This document shows positions 1 through 9,523 of a stretch of 32,000 nucleotides of DNA, piece after piece. The notes under the pieces were generated by a model. That model was not told the DNA's origin. It ran no database searches and saw only the letters and a program-made list of their open reading frames with translations. The first letter of the stretch is position 1. The number at the start of each line of letters is the position of its first letter. A program made the position numbers and the translations under genes. The DNA comes from an uncultured Alphaproteobacteria bacterium (lineage in GTDB: Bacteria; Pseudomonadota; Alphaproteobacteria; HIMB59), in the NCBI GenBank assembly GCA_902598275.1, contig CACKAZ010000009.1:14481-46480 (forward strand). The letters run 5' to 3'.

Positions 1-247
1 CGCCTACATACTTTGCTACATTAGTCAAAAAAGCAATTACGTCGTGCTTAGTTTTTTCTTCAATTTTTTCTATTTCTTTTACTTTAAACTTTGCTTTTTT
101 TTTAATTCTATTTGAAGTTCCTTTAGGTATTTGGCCTAATTTTTCCATTGCCTCGCAAGCAAGTATTTCTAAATCAAGCCATATTTGGAATTTATTATTA
201 TCCTCCCATATTTCTTTAAGAATTTTTCTAGAGTATCTCGGTATCAA
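1..247 (-). CDS. purB: adenylosuccinate lyase, N-terminal ~82 codons only (gene runs off the left edge)
   Basis: Absent from the ORF track because it is truncated by the window edge. My reverse-complement translation from TTG at 247-245 reads (M)IPRYSRKILKEIWEDNNKFQIWLDLEILACEAMEKLGQIPKGTSNRIKKKAKFKVKEIEKIEEKTKHDVIAFLTNVAKYVG. This matches the conserved N-terminus of Bacillus-type PurB (IERYSRPEM..IW..ENRFQAWLEVEILACEA...HDVVAF). The start overlaps the map stop (ATTGA). Confidence 0.75.
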   Translation of the reverse strand, partial: MIPRYSRKILKEIWEDNNKFQIWLDLEILACEAMEKLGQIPKGTSNRIKKKAKFKVKEIEKIEEKTKHDVIAFLTNVAKYVG

Positions 248-1023
248 TTATAAAAAGCCTTATTTGGAGACTCTGTTAGAATCTCAACATTATCACCATT
301 AATATATATCGTATGTTCGTACTGAGCGCTAAGTGTTTTATCTTTAGTTACAGCTGTCCAACCATCACTTAGTATTTTAGACTGATATTTTCCAGCATTG
401 ATCATGGGTTCAATAGTAAAAATCATTCCATCTATAAATTTAATATTATCATATTCGCTATCGTAGTAATGCAAAATACTTGGATTTTCATGAAATTTCA
501 AACCAACACCATGTCCACAAAAGTCTCTAACAACACTAAAATTATTTGATGTGGCGATATCTTCAATTTTTTTTCCAATACGACTAATAGGCTCGCCAAC
601 TTTTATTTCATCAATACTCTCTATTAAACAATCGTGAGTAACTTTACATAGGTTGTTTGCTTTTATAGAGACATCACCAACCTTATACATTCTTGATGAG
701 TCTCCATGCCAACCATCAATTATTGTTGTAACATCTACATTCAAAATATCACCCTTTTGAAGATTTCGATTATAATTTGGAATTCCATGACAAATTACAT
801 GGTTTAAAGAAGTACATGTAGATTTTGGAAAACCTCTATAAAACAAAGGGGCAGGAGTGCCACCTAATTCTTGAATTCTAGTTAAACAGAATTCATCAAT
901 TTCAGAAGTTGTAATTCCCTCTTTAATTATATTATTAAGCTCGTCTAATATAGTTGCAGTTATTTTACCTGCCTTTCTACAAGACTCTACTTCAGCATTT
1001 GAATATGATTTAATCTTCATCAA
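244..1023 (-). CDS. map: methionine aminopeptidase, type I
   Basis: 259-aa ORF with type-I MetAP metal-ligand contexts DVTTIIDGWHGD, CGHGVGLKFHE, FTIEPM and YEHTI. It overlaps the sfsA stop by 14 nt and the purB start, so sfsA-map-purB looks like one minus-strand operon. Confidence 0.92.
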   Translation of the reverse strand: MMKIKSYSNAEVESCRKAGKITATILDELNNIIKEGITTSEIDEFCLTRIQELGGTPAPLFYRGFPKSTCTSLNHVICHGIPNYNRNLQKGDILNVDVTTIIDGWHGDSSRMYKVGDVSIKANNLCKVTHDCLIESIDEIKVGEPISRIGKKIEDIATSNNFSVVRDFCGHGVGLKFHENPSILHYYDSEYDNIKFIDGMIFTIEPMINAGKYQSKILSDGWTAVTKDKTLSAQYEHTIYINGDNVEILTESPNKAFYN

Positions 1024-1705
1024 TTTTTATCTCACCTAAAATATTTATACCTTTTATAGAAACATTACATTTAAATGCTCTAAATTTTACACCACTTTTT
1101 TTGGCAATAAGAGAATTTTCATAATAATCATTATCTAAATCTTTAGCTATCGAAAATCTATCTACATCATCTCGTTGAATAAGATATATCAGAAAACAGT
1201 TACTACCTTTTTTTGACATATTGCTTAATTCTAATAAATGTTTTGATCCTCTTGAGGTAATAGCATCTGGAAATTCTGCTAAATTTTTTTCTCTTGATAA
1301 TGTGACTGATTTAACTTCAATAAAACTGTCGCCTTCTGGGTGACTAGAGTAAATATCAACTCTAGAGTTTTTTCCATATTTCACCTCTTTTTTTAAATCA
1401 CCCTTAATTTCATGAAGAATTTTTTTTTCTTTTATTGCATTAAAAACAATATCGTTTGGTAGGGATGTATTTATACCAACAAATGTTTTAAGATATTTGA
1501 TTGCTTCCAATCTATATTTTAATTTAGCATTTGGATTTTCTACCTTTGCAACTAAAACTTTTGAACCCTTGTTCAATAGACCAAATAGAGAACCTGTGTT
1601 TGGACAGTAAGCTGTGACAACTTTAGCACCAATCTTTATATCTACAAAAAATCGTTTATAGCGTTTTATTAAAAAACCCTCTAAAATTTCCTCTTTATAA
1701 TTCAT
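1010..1705 (-). CDS. sfsA: sugar fermentation stimulation protein SfsA family
   Basis: 231-aa ORF. The N-terminus EGFLIKRYKRFFVDI...YCPNTGSL parallels E. coli SfsA (ATLIQRYKRFLADV...HCPNTGAM). Confidence 0.8.
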   Translation of the reverse strand: MNYKEEILEGFLIKRYKRFFVDIKIGAKVVTAYCPNTGSLFGLLNKGSKVLVAKVENPNAKLKYRLEAIKYLKTFVGINTSLPNDIVFNAIKEKKILHEIKGDLKKEVKYGKNSRVDIYSSHPEGDSFIEVKSVTLSREKNLAEFPDAITSRGSKHLLELSNMSKKGSNCFLIYLIQRDDVDRFSIAKDLDNDYYENSLIAKKSGVKFRAFKCNVSIKGINILGEIKIDED

Positions 1706-1707
1706 CT

Positions 1708-2451
1708 ATGGCAATTAAAAAAAATATACAATCAGCTTGTCTTATAATCATCGGCAATGAAATATTATCAGGTAGGACACAAGATAAAAATATAAATCAT
1801 ATAGCCAAAGAGCTATTTTTATGTGGTATATCTTTGCAGTTAGTAATAGTTATACCTGATTCAAAAAAAATAATTATTTCCCAGGTCAGAAAATTAAAAA
1901 CTAAGTATGACTTTATTATTACTACTGGTGGAATAGGTCCTACGCATGATGATATAACCTCTGAGTCAATTAGTTTGGCAGTTAGAAAAAAATATAAATT
2001 ACATAATGGTGCGTACAGTGAATTAAAAAAATATTACAAAAAAATTAAATCTGAATTAACTGATGCTAGGAAAAAAATGGCATACATGCCCCAAGGTTCC
2101 AAATTAATTCTTAATAAAGTTAGTGGTGCACCAGGCTTTAAAATTGAGAATATATATGTTTTTGCAGGAGTACCTTCAATAGTAGAAGCAATGATGAAAG
2201 AATTTAAAAAAATGATTAAAATTAAAGATAAATTTTATTCAACTTCTATAACTACAAAACTTTTTGAAAGTAGAATAGCTCATATCCTTGTTAATGCAGA
2301 AAAAAAATTTAAATATATTTCAATAGGTAGCTATCCAATTTTTGATGGCAAGCCCAGAGGAGTGGAGATTGTCATTAATTCACAAGTTAATAAGCTGGGC
2401 GTATATAGCTCCAAAAAATTTATTCTAAGAGAGATAAACAAAATTATTTAA
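1708..2451 (+). CDS. CinA-like / MoCF-biosynthesis (molybdopterin-binding) domain protein
   Basis: 247-aa ORF. IIIGNEILSGRTQDKN ... TTGGIGPTHDDIT is the CinA N-terminal/MoCF domain signature. The ORF is too short to include a C-terminal PncC deamidase domain. Confidence 0.65.
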   Translation: MAIKKNIQSACLIIIGNEILSGRTQDKNINHIAKELFLCGISLQLVIVIPDSKKIIISQVRKLKTKYDFIITTGGIGPTHDDITSESISLAVRKKYKLHNGAYSELKKYYKKIKSELTDARKKMAYMPQGSKLILNKVSGAPGFKIENIYVFAGVPSIVEAMMKEFKKMIKIKDKFYSTSITTKLFESRIAHILVNAEKKFKYISIGSYPIFDGKPRGVEIVINSQVNKLGVYSSKKFILREINKII

Positions 2452-2488
2452 GAATACCTTAATTTAATATAAAACAATATTTCCTTTT

Positions 2489-2565
2489 GGCGGAGTAGCT
2501 CAGTTGGTTAGAGCGGTGGAATCATAATCCATGTGTCGGGGGTTCAAATCCCTCCTCCGCTACCA
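2489..2565 (+). tRNA. tRNA-Met (anticodon CAU), elongator type; lysidine-modified tRNA-Ile2 not excluded
   Basis: 77-nt cloverleaf read by eye. Acceptor GGCGGAG/CTCCGCT; D-arm GCTCAGTTGGTTAGAGC; anticodon stem-loop GTGGA-ATCATAA-TCCAT; T-arm GGGGG-TTCAAAT-CCCTC; encoded CCA. Confidence 0.88.
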
Positions 2566-2607
2566 ATTTAAGATTCAAAGATCAAATAAATAATATAATC
2601 TTTATTA

Positions 2608-3354
2608 ATGGAGTTTCAGACTATCACTCTAGCAGCAGGACTAGGCTCAAGATTAAAACATCTAACTAAACAATTACCTAAAACTCTTTTAAAAGTAAAA
2701 TCAAAATCTATAATTGGACATCAGTTAGACGCTTTTCATAAAAACAAAATTTTTAAAAATATTATTATTACAGGCCACTATTCAGAAAAGTTTCCTAAGA
2801 ACAATTGTGTATATATCAAAAATAAAAATTATAAAAAAAATAATATTCTAAATTCTTTATTTTATGCAAAAAGATTTATGAATACTAATACTATAATCTC
2901 ATATTCTGATATCCTATTTACACATAAAATAATATCAGAATTAATTATTGATGATAAGGATGTTACCTTAGTAGTTGATAAAGATTGGAGTAGAAACTAT
3001 CAAGATAGACAATTACATCCTATTCAGGAGGCCGAAAAAGTATGTTTTAAGTCTGACCAAATAATAAACATAGGAAAAAAAATATCATTCGTAGATGCTA
3101 ATGCAGAGTTTACAGGGCTCTTAAAGTTATCTAAAAGAGGATGCATAATATTTAAAAAGTATTTTGAATTGGCTAAACAAAAATTTTCCAATAAAAAATT
3201 TTATGAAGCAAATGATTTTAGCAAGGCATATATAACAGACTTTATTAAATATTTAATTGATAATGGTCTAACAATTAGCTACCTGAACATAAATAGTCCT
3301 TGGATGGAAATAGACACATTGGAGGATTATTTAAAATCTCAAAATTTCTTTTAG
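2608..3354 (+). CDS. LicC/PntC-like nucleotidyltransferase (candidate phosphonate or phospho-headgroup cytidylyltransferase)
   Basis: 248-aa ORF. N-terminal LAAGLGSRL...LPKTLL matches the G-x-G-x-R NTP-transferase loop. C-terminal WMEIDTLEDY is typical of LicC-type enzymes. It is the first gene of the plus-strand operon facing the phosphonate biosynthesis operon. Confidence 0.65.
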   Translation: MEFQTITLAAGLGSRLKHLTKQLPKTLLKVKSKSIIGHQLDAFHKNKIFKNIIITGHYSEKFPKNNCVYIKNKNYKKNNILNSLFYAKRFMNTNTIISYSDILFTHKIISELIIDDKDVTLVVDKDWSRNYQDRQLHPIQEAEKVCFKSDQIINIGKKISFVDANAEFTGLLKLSKRGCIIFKKYFELAKQKFSNKKFYEANDFSKAYITDFIKYLIDNGLTISYLNINSPWMEIDTLEDYLKSQNFF

Positions 3355-3361
3355 TAAATAA

Positions 3362-4882
3362 ATGTATTTAAAAATTAGTTTCTATATTACTAGCTTTTTT
3401 TTTACTTTTATTTATATATTTGAAGCATTTTACTTTAAAACTTATGGCATTTTCTCTAGTCTAAATGTCGGTAGATTTGTATTAAAAGATTTTTTAAGTG
3501 AATTTTCTTACATCAATAATTTAATTTCTTTTCTTTTTATATTTTCAATTTTATATTTCTTTCAAAAAAAATTGGGTCTTAAAATTAGAGACAACTTAAA
3601 AATTATAGATATTTTTTTTTTTACTTTATTTTTAATTTTTATAACAACTAATATTTTATCTCAGATACAATATCTAAAAGATATTTCTCTTTTACATGAT
3701 ATTTATAAGTTTATTTATTCAATTGTTAAAAATATTGTTATTTCTAAGTTATTACTTGTAATATTACCTTTATCTTTTTTTATAATTGCTCTTCAAAGAT
3801 TTAGTTTGCCTTTAGTTAAATTAAGAGAATTTTTTAGATATTTTATTATCTCTCTTGGTATTATCTTTATATTAGAGTCAATAATTTCTGTTATAAATCT
3901 TTATCCAAGATCCATTTATATTAATAATGATAATAATTTACATCAGGAAAAAAAAATAAATTCTAATACGGATGAACATAAAATTATATTAGTTGTATTT
4001 GATGAATGGGACTATCATGATACTTCAGATATCCTTAATACATTTCTAAGTAATTATGATAAAAAAAATTATTATTCTGGTTTTTTATCAAGTCGGTCAA
4101 CAAATACTTTTTGTTCAGTAATGCAGATACTTATGCCCGTTGATTTAGACACTAATTTATTTTGTATAATTACTAAAGATAACCAAGGAGTCCAAAATCA
4201 CAATTTAGAAATTTTTAATCAACCTAATTATTATAAAAATATTTTAAATAATTTTCATAATATTAATATTTATCATGACTACTATTTCCCTTATTGTAGA
4301 CTGGTATCATCTAATTCAAATAAGTGTTATGAAAATTCAATGAAAATAGAAAAAAAGAGTTTTTATTTTTTTACAGATAACTTGTTACAAGATTTTAAAA
4401 ATATTTTCAAATTATTCTATATTAAAACAATAGGAAAATTAATTCAAAAAGATTTAACATATAAATATTCTAATCCTGAGTTTAACTTAAACTCTAGAAA
4501 AACTCTCATAGACGATTTTTATCAAGATATTTCAAAAAAAGAAAATGGATTATTTTATTCTCACTTATTAATTCCACACATGCCTTATTTTTATGATGGC
4601 TTAAATTTCTCTAATTATGTTGGAGACTATCAAGGCAACACTATTTATTTGACTAATGTAATCAAAAATATTGAAAAATTAACTAATTTCAAAAATCAAA
4701 ATAACGTTACTTTAATTTTTACTTCAGACCATCATAATAGATACCCTGAAACTAAAAAAAAAGATGATAAAAACATCGTACCTATAATTATTTTTTCAAA
4801 AGATTTAAATAAAGATTTTAATATAAAAAGTCATTCTTCAATTAACACATTTATCAACAATTTTTCAAATATAATAAATTGA
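3362..4882 (+). CDS. membrane-anchored alkaline-phosphatase-superfamily (LtaS/EptA/sulfatase-like) transferase
   Basis: 506-aa ORF. Several N-terminal hydrophobic helices precede a soluble domain containing VVFDEWD (acidic metal site), SRSTNT (candidate Ser/Thr nucleophile) and TSDHH, which is the layout of LtaS/EptA-type enzymes. Confidence 0.5.
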   Translation: MYLKISFYITSFFFTFIYIFEAFYFKTYGIFSSLNVGRFVLKDFLSEFSYINNLISFLFIFSILYFFQKKLGLKIRDNLKIIDIFFFTLFLIFITTNILSQIQYLKDISLLHDIYKFIYSIVKNIVISKLLLVILPLSFFIIALQRFSLPLVKLREFFRYFIISLGIIFILESIISVINLYPRSIYINNDNNLHQEKKINSNTDEHKIILVVFDEWDYHDTSDILNTFLSNYDKKNYYSGFLSSRSTNTFCSVMQILMPVDLDTNLFCIITKDNQGVQNHNLEIFNQPNYYKNILNNFHNINIYHDYYFPYCRLVSSNSNKCYENSMKIEKKSFYFFTDNLLQDFKNIFKLFYIKTIGKLIQKDLTYKYSNPEFNLNSRKTLIDDFYQDISKKENGLFYSHLLIPHMPYFYDGLNFSNYVGDYQGNTIYLTNVIKNIEKLTNFKNQNNVTLIFTSDHHNRYPETKKKDDKNIVPIIIFSKDLNKDFNIKSHSSINTFINNFSNIIN

Positions 4883-5967
4883 ATAAAAATATTAAGATTA
4901 TAAATTTAGCACTGGGTTCTTATGAAGAATTTAATTTAGTTATTTACAACGAATCAAAAGAATACACTTTTATATTTGAGGATATCTGTAACCAAATTAA
5001 TTTGAAAAAATTTATATATTTATATTCAGATAAAGATGATTATTTAAACAAAAAATTATCTAGCATTCAATCTTGTAATATTGGAAATGGTATACTTAGA
5101 ACTATAATTTTAAACAACATTAAATCTAAAAAATTTCTTACAACCACTACTGATTTAAATAAGTATCAAATAAAAAAATCAAAATTCTGTAATAATTATT
5201 GTTATATATTTCACTCCTTGGTGAGTATCAATAAAGCTTATGAAGATAAGGCTTTTTATTCATATGATACTATCTTTGCACCAACTATTAACCACGCTAA
5301 TGAATTAAATAAATATAAGAATATGCATAATTTAAATATAAATATTTTAAAGGCTGGTTATCCATTAATAGACAAAATAAGTCAAATTAAATTTAAAAAT
5401 AATAACAATGATCAGATAAAGATTTTACTAGCCCCTTCTTGGGGTGATAATAATTTTTTTACTTTTGATTATGTAGAAATTCTAAAAGATATTCTTAAAG
5501 ATACTAAATATCAAATCACACTTAGACCACATCCTCATTATTATAGAAAAAATAAAAAAAAAATCTTAAAAAAATTAGAACAATTAAAAAAATTTGAAAA
5601 CTTTAAATTAAGTACAGAATATAATTTCTACGATTTAACTGAAAATGAAATATTAATTTCTGATATGTCAGGAATAACAATAGAATTTTTTTTACTCAAT
5701 AAATTAAAAATAATTTATTTAGATGACTCGTCAAAAGTTAAAAATAAAAACTTTGCCAGTATAGCCAGCATTACCTTAGAAGAAAGAATAAAAGAAAAAA
5801 TTGGTATTAAAGTAATTACGAATAATCTCAGTTCATTTCTAAAAGATTTTAATAGAAACGATTTATTGCTTGATAATCAAACAATAAATCAGACTATTAA
5901 TATAATTGGTTTATATAATTTCAAAAAATCTGCAAAATCAATTACTGATTATTTAGAAAATTATTAA
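4879..5967 (+). CDS. TagB/TagF-family CDP-alcohol phosphotransferase (CDP-glycerol glycerophosphotransferase-like)
   Basis: 362-aa ORF. Its TTG start overlaps the upstream stop (TTGA). LLAPSWGD, LRPHPHY and ILISDMSGITIEF correspond to the APTWR / HP / DYSS blocks of TagF-family enzymes. Confidence 0.6.
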   Translation: MNKNIKIINLALGSYEEFNLVIYNESKEYTFIFEDICNQINLKKFIYLYSDKDDYLNKKLSSIQSCNIGNGILRTIILNNIKSKKFLTTTTDLNKYQIKKSKFCNNYCYIFHSLVSINKAYEDKAFYSYDTIFAPTINHANELNKYKNMHNLNINILKAGYPLIDKISQIKFKNNNNDQIKILLAPSWGDNNFFTFDYVEILKDILKDTKYQITLRPHPHYYRKNKKKILKKLEQLKKFENFKLSTEYNFYDLTENEILISDMSGITIEFFLLNKLKIIYLDDSSKVKNKNFASIASITLEERIKEKIGIKVITNNLSSFLKDFNRNDLLLDNQTINQTINIIGLYNFKKSAKSITDYLENY

Positions 5968-5970
5968 ATT

Positions 5971-7095
5971 TTAATGCCATGATTTATAAATTATTTGCTT
6001 TATAATAGTCTTATTTACTGGTGCTATATTATTTAATGCTCTTTTTTTATCTAGCATTTGATCAATAAGGTTTTCTATATTTTTAAAAGTCTTTATCTTC
6101 TTTTTTACTTGAGATTTTACTTTTAAATTTTTAAGTATTATTTCTAATTTACTATCTAGACTTTTAATATTTAAATCATTTTCTAGTTCTATGAATAAAT
6201 TTTCTTTATGCGTTCTATTATATCTCATTACTTCTAGCATAGTAAAAGCGCATGCCATGCCATGATTTACAGAGTATTTAAGAGTTAATGGGTATGATAA
6301 TGAGTGGCATAATGCTGTCTTTGTAATATTAATTAAACAACCTGATAAAACACTACATTTAGATATATTTTTAAAAAATTTTTTCTCGTTACCCTCAAAA
6401 TAGCCAGAAAAGGCATTTAGTCCCATTTTGATAGCAATACTTGAATAAAATTTTGTTTTTCTAGTGGCATTTACGTTCCATATTGACTCAAATGACTGAT
6501 TTAAGGCATCAAGAGCAGAGGGTAAGAATATTTCTTTAGAGCTTAGAGAAGTTAAACTCGGATCCACAATGGCAATTTTTGGTAAGTTATTTACGCTATC
6601 ATAAGAGTATTTCTTTTTATTCTTCTTATCCCAAATTGTAGCAAATGATGTAGCCTCACTACCAGATCCACTAGTTGTTGGTAAAGCTATTATTTTTTTT
6701 GGATTAAACTTTTGTATGAGAGAATTTTTTTTAGTAAGAGCTTTTATATCAAATTCTTTTTTTCCGGAACATAACATAGCATTATAAATTTTAGTAAGAT
6801 CAATAATTGATCCACCACCTATAGCAATAAAATATCTAAAATTTTTATTGACTATTTGTTTATATATAATTTTTTTTTGGTATAAGCTGATTTCACTTGA
6901 AGGAATAATTACCTTATCTACATTTTCTAAATCAGTTAATGGTTTTAAAAATTTATCTTTTCTAATTTCATTAACACATCTTTTTGTACACACTAATAAA
7001 CATTTATAATTTTTTATATGATTAAAAATATTTTTTTTTTTATTTTTACCATAAATAATCTTAACGTTTGAAATATTTTTATAAGCAAATTTCAT
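5971..7095 (-). CDS. iron-containing alcohol dehydrogenase; by context phosphonoacetaldehyde reductase (forms 2-hydroxyethylphosphonate)
   Basis: 374-aa ORF with the Fe-ADH nucleotide motif AIGGGSIIDLTK and the His-rich metal region (LCHSLSYPL...HGMA). It is the last gene of the ppm-ppd operon, 8 nt after ppd. The family call is firm; the substrate is inferred from context. Confidence 0.7.
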   Translation of the reverse strand: MKFAYKNISNVKIIYGKNKKKNIFNHIKNYKCLLVCTKRCVNEIRKDKFLKPLTDLENVDKVIIPSSEISLYQKKIIYKQIVNKNFRYFIAIGGGSIIDLTKIYNAMLCSGKKEFDIKALTKKNSLIQKFNPKKIIALPTTSGSGSEATSFATIWDKKNKKKYSYDSVNNLPKIAIVDPSLTSLSSKEIFLPSALDALNQSFESIWNVNATRKTKFYSSIAIKMGLNAFSGYFEGNEKKFFKNISKCSVLSGCLINITKTALCHSLSYPLTLKYSVNHGMACAFTMLEVMRYNRTHKENLFIELENDLNIKSLDSKLEIILKNLKVKSQVKKKIKTFKNIENLIDQMLDKKRALNNIAPVNKTIIKQIIYKSWH

Positions 7096-7103
7096 ATAAT
7101 TGA

Positions 7104-8222
7104 TTAATCAAAATTTTTCATAAATAAACTTTTACTAACTTTCAAAGGGAGAGATGGCCTTAAGAGCTTTCCTGAACTTCCTTTTTTTGTGAGAACTTCT
7201 ATAAATACAGAGCTTTTAACTTTATTAAGATTTTTCAAAAAAAATTCTAATTTTTTTTTATTATCTATTCTTATTGCTTTTTTATACCCACATGCTTTTG
7301 CTATATTAGATAGTTTTAAAGATTTTGCAGCGTTTTCTTGTCCACCAACGGAATCATGAACACCATTATTTATAACAATATGAACTAAATTATTAATTTT
7401 AGATGTACCTATATTAGTTAATGAACCCATATGCATTATCATAGACCCGTCTCCATCAATACACAAAAACCTCTTTTTACTTCCAAGACACATACCAAGA
7501 GTTAGGCTAGAAGCATACCCCATAGCGCCTACATTAAGAAAATATCTTTGTTTAATAGTATTTTCAGTCTCAATATTAATTAGTTCTCTTGATGTATAGC
7601 CAGTTGTTGCAATAATTGGTAAATCTTTATTTACATATTTGATAATACTTTTAATAACTTCCTTTCTGCTCATCAATTTATAATCTTTTTTAATCCTATC
7701 TACTTTTTCTTTAACTAAAAATGAGTCCCTCTCAATTAAAAAAGCAACTGATTTTTTTTTATTTTGGTTTAATTCAAAACCTTTTTTAAATTTTAATTTA
7801 TTTTTATAACTATTTTTTTTTATAATAAAATATGGCATATCAATAATTTTAAGTAAATCTTCAGTCTTTTTTCCTTGAGGTCTATGTTGAGGTTCATCTT
7901 TTTTATTTTTGTCCCCTCTCCATCCAATTATAAATATCATAGGTATTTCATAGATATCTTTGTGAATTAATGAAAGCACAGGATTAATTATATTGCCCAA
8001 CCCAGCATTTTGTAAGTAGACAACTGGTGTCTTTTTAGTTGTTAAATAATATCCTGCGGCAATTCCTACTGCACTACCCTCATTAGATGCAATTAAATTT
8101 TGAAATTTGTTAATATCGACTAAATTTGAAAAATGTTTTAGAACTGAGTCAGGTACCCCAGTAAAAAAATTAATTTTATATTTATTAATTTCTTCGAAAA
8201 GAATATTCAAATTTTTATTCAT
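7104..8222 (-). CDS. ppd: phosphonopyruvate decarboxylase (ThDP-dependent)
   Basis: 372-aa ORF. N-terminal FFTGVPDS, and the ThDP motif GDGSMIMHMGSL...INNG. Its size and its position immediately downstream of PEP mutase fit Ppd/AepY. Confidence 0.85.
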   Translation of the reverse strand: MNKNLNILFEEINKYKINFFTGVPDSVLKHFSNLVDINKFQNLIASNEGSAVGIAAGYYLTTKKTPVVYLQNAGLGNIINPVLSLIHKDIYEIPMIFIIGWRGDKNKKDEPQHRPQGKKTEDLLKIIDMPYFIIKKNSYKNKLKFKKGFELNQNKKKSVAFLIERDSFLVKEKVDRIKKDYKLMSRKEVIKSIIKYVNKDLPIIATTGYTSRELINIETENTIKQRYFLNVGAMGYASSLTLGMCLGSKKRFLCIDGDGSMIMHMGSLTNIGTSKINNLVHIVINNGVHDSVGGQENAAKSLKLSNIAKACGYKKAIRIDNKKKLEFFLKNLNKVKSSVFIEVLTKKGSSGKLLRPSLPLKVSKSLFMKNFD

Positions 8223-8227
8223 TTAAT

Positions 8228-9523
8228 TTAGTTTATTAACTTAATAATTTTTTTTATTGAACTTATATTTTTATCAGCCTCATAAGCTCTACCATTCTTT
8301 AGAATTTGAGAAGCTGTTTCTTCCATGGCTTTGTGAGCAGATCTCAAAAGTTGATTAGCATAAATAACTATATTAGCACCACCAAAGAAAAGTTCCCTCT
8401 CTCTGGTAGAAGAATATGTAGATGGAACCACCATTACGATTGAGTCCTCACTAAACTTTCTAAATTTTTTTAGAAAATCTAAAATTTCTTTAGAATCCTT
8501 TTTTTTACTATGTATAAATATTCCATCTGCACCAGATTTAACATAATTTTTAGATCGTCGTATTGCGTCTTTCATACCGTTTCCTAGTATTAAGCTTTCA
8601 ATTCTTGCAAAAACCATAAAATCTTTTGAAATTCTCGAGTTACAGGCAACTTCAATTTTTTTTGAAAAATTTTTAACAGTATCTTGGAGTGATTTAGACT
8701 GATCAGCAAATAAAGAGTTTATTTTTAATCCAGTTTTATCCTCTAAAACTACTGCTGATACACCCGACTTTTCAAGAGATTTTACAAGATAGGGCAAGTG
8801 CTCAATTTTTCCACCATTATCGGCATCAAATATTATTGGTTTAGATGATATGTTTGTAATTTCATTTAAACCGTTAATTCTTATTGAATAATCTACAGAT
8901 TGATTATCTGGCATAGCCCTAATAGTGGAGTCTGTGAGACTAGAGGACCATAAAAGATCAAATGCTTTAGTTTTATTTTTTTCTTTTAATTTTGTGTTCT
9001 CAATAATATGAGCGCTCATTCCATTATGGGCCTCAATGCCAATCAAATTTTGTCTTAAGACAAGCATTCTTTTTAGTAACGACACTCTTGATGATATTGA
9101 AAGGTTTAAATCTATTTTATCTTTTATAAGTTTTCTTGAAATATTTGATGTGAATGGGACTTCAATAAGTTTGCCACCCCAAGATTTCATCTCATTAATG
9201 ACAAACTTTCTAACTTGAGATAGATTACCTTTTTTCCAATCATCACCATGCACAAAGTAATCAGGTTTTATCTTCTTTAATGTTTGTTTATAATCCCAGT
9301 CATCTTGCTTTATAATTTGACTAATTCCAGATAATTTAGATACTAAATTATATCTTTCATTGTAACTTAAAATTGGAAATTCTCTGTATTGACTGATGGC
9401 TTTGTCAGATAGTAATCCAATAATCACATCTCCATACTTTCTTGCATGTTTTATAATATTTAGGTGACCTGAATGAACTATATCAGACGCCAGAGGAACA
9501 TATGATATTTTTTTTAAAACCAT
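8228..9523 (-). CDS. ppm: cytidylyltransferase (HxGH, TagD-like) :: phosphoenolpyruvate phosphomutase fusion
   Basis: 431-aa ORF. Residues ~1-130 carry DIVHSGHLNII (HxGH) and TSNISRK, the cytidylyltransferase-like fold. The C-terminal ~290 aa carry the PEP-mutase-specific VVLEDKTGLKINS (EDKxxxxxNS) plus ARIES and GADGIFIHSKK. Confidence 0.88.
   Translation of the reverse strand: MVLKKISYVPLASDIVHSGHLNIIKHARKYGDVIIGLLSDKAISQYREFPILSYNERYNLVSKLSGISQIIKQDDWDYKQTLKKIKPDYFVHGDDWKKGNLSQVRKFVINEMKSWGGKLIEVPFTSNISRKLIKDKIDLNLSISSRVSLLKRMLVLRQNLIGIEAHNGMSAHIIENTKLKEKNKTKAFDLLWSSSLTDSTIRAMPDNQSVDYSIRINGLNEITNISSKPIIFDADNGGKIEHLPYLVKSLEKSGVSAVVLEDKTGLKINSLFADQSKSLQDTVKNFSKKIEVACNSRISKDFMVFARIESLILGNGMKDAIRRSKNYVKSGADGIFIHSKKKDSKEILDFLKKFRKFSEDSIVMVVPSTYSSTRERELFFGGANIVIYANQLLRSAHKAMEETASQILKNGRAYEADKNISSIKKIIKLIN

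Noticed and set aside
9036-9218. 60-aa plus-strand ORF.
   Set aside because: It lies fully antisense inside the PEP mutase gene, is short, and shows no motif. It is typical shadow-ORF noise.
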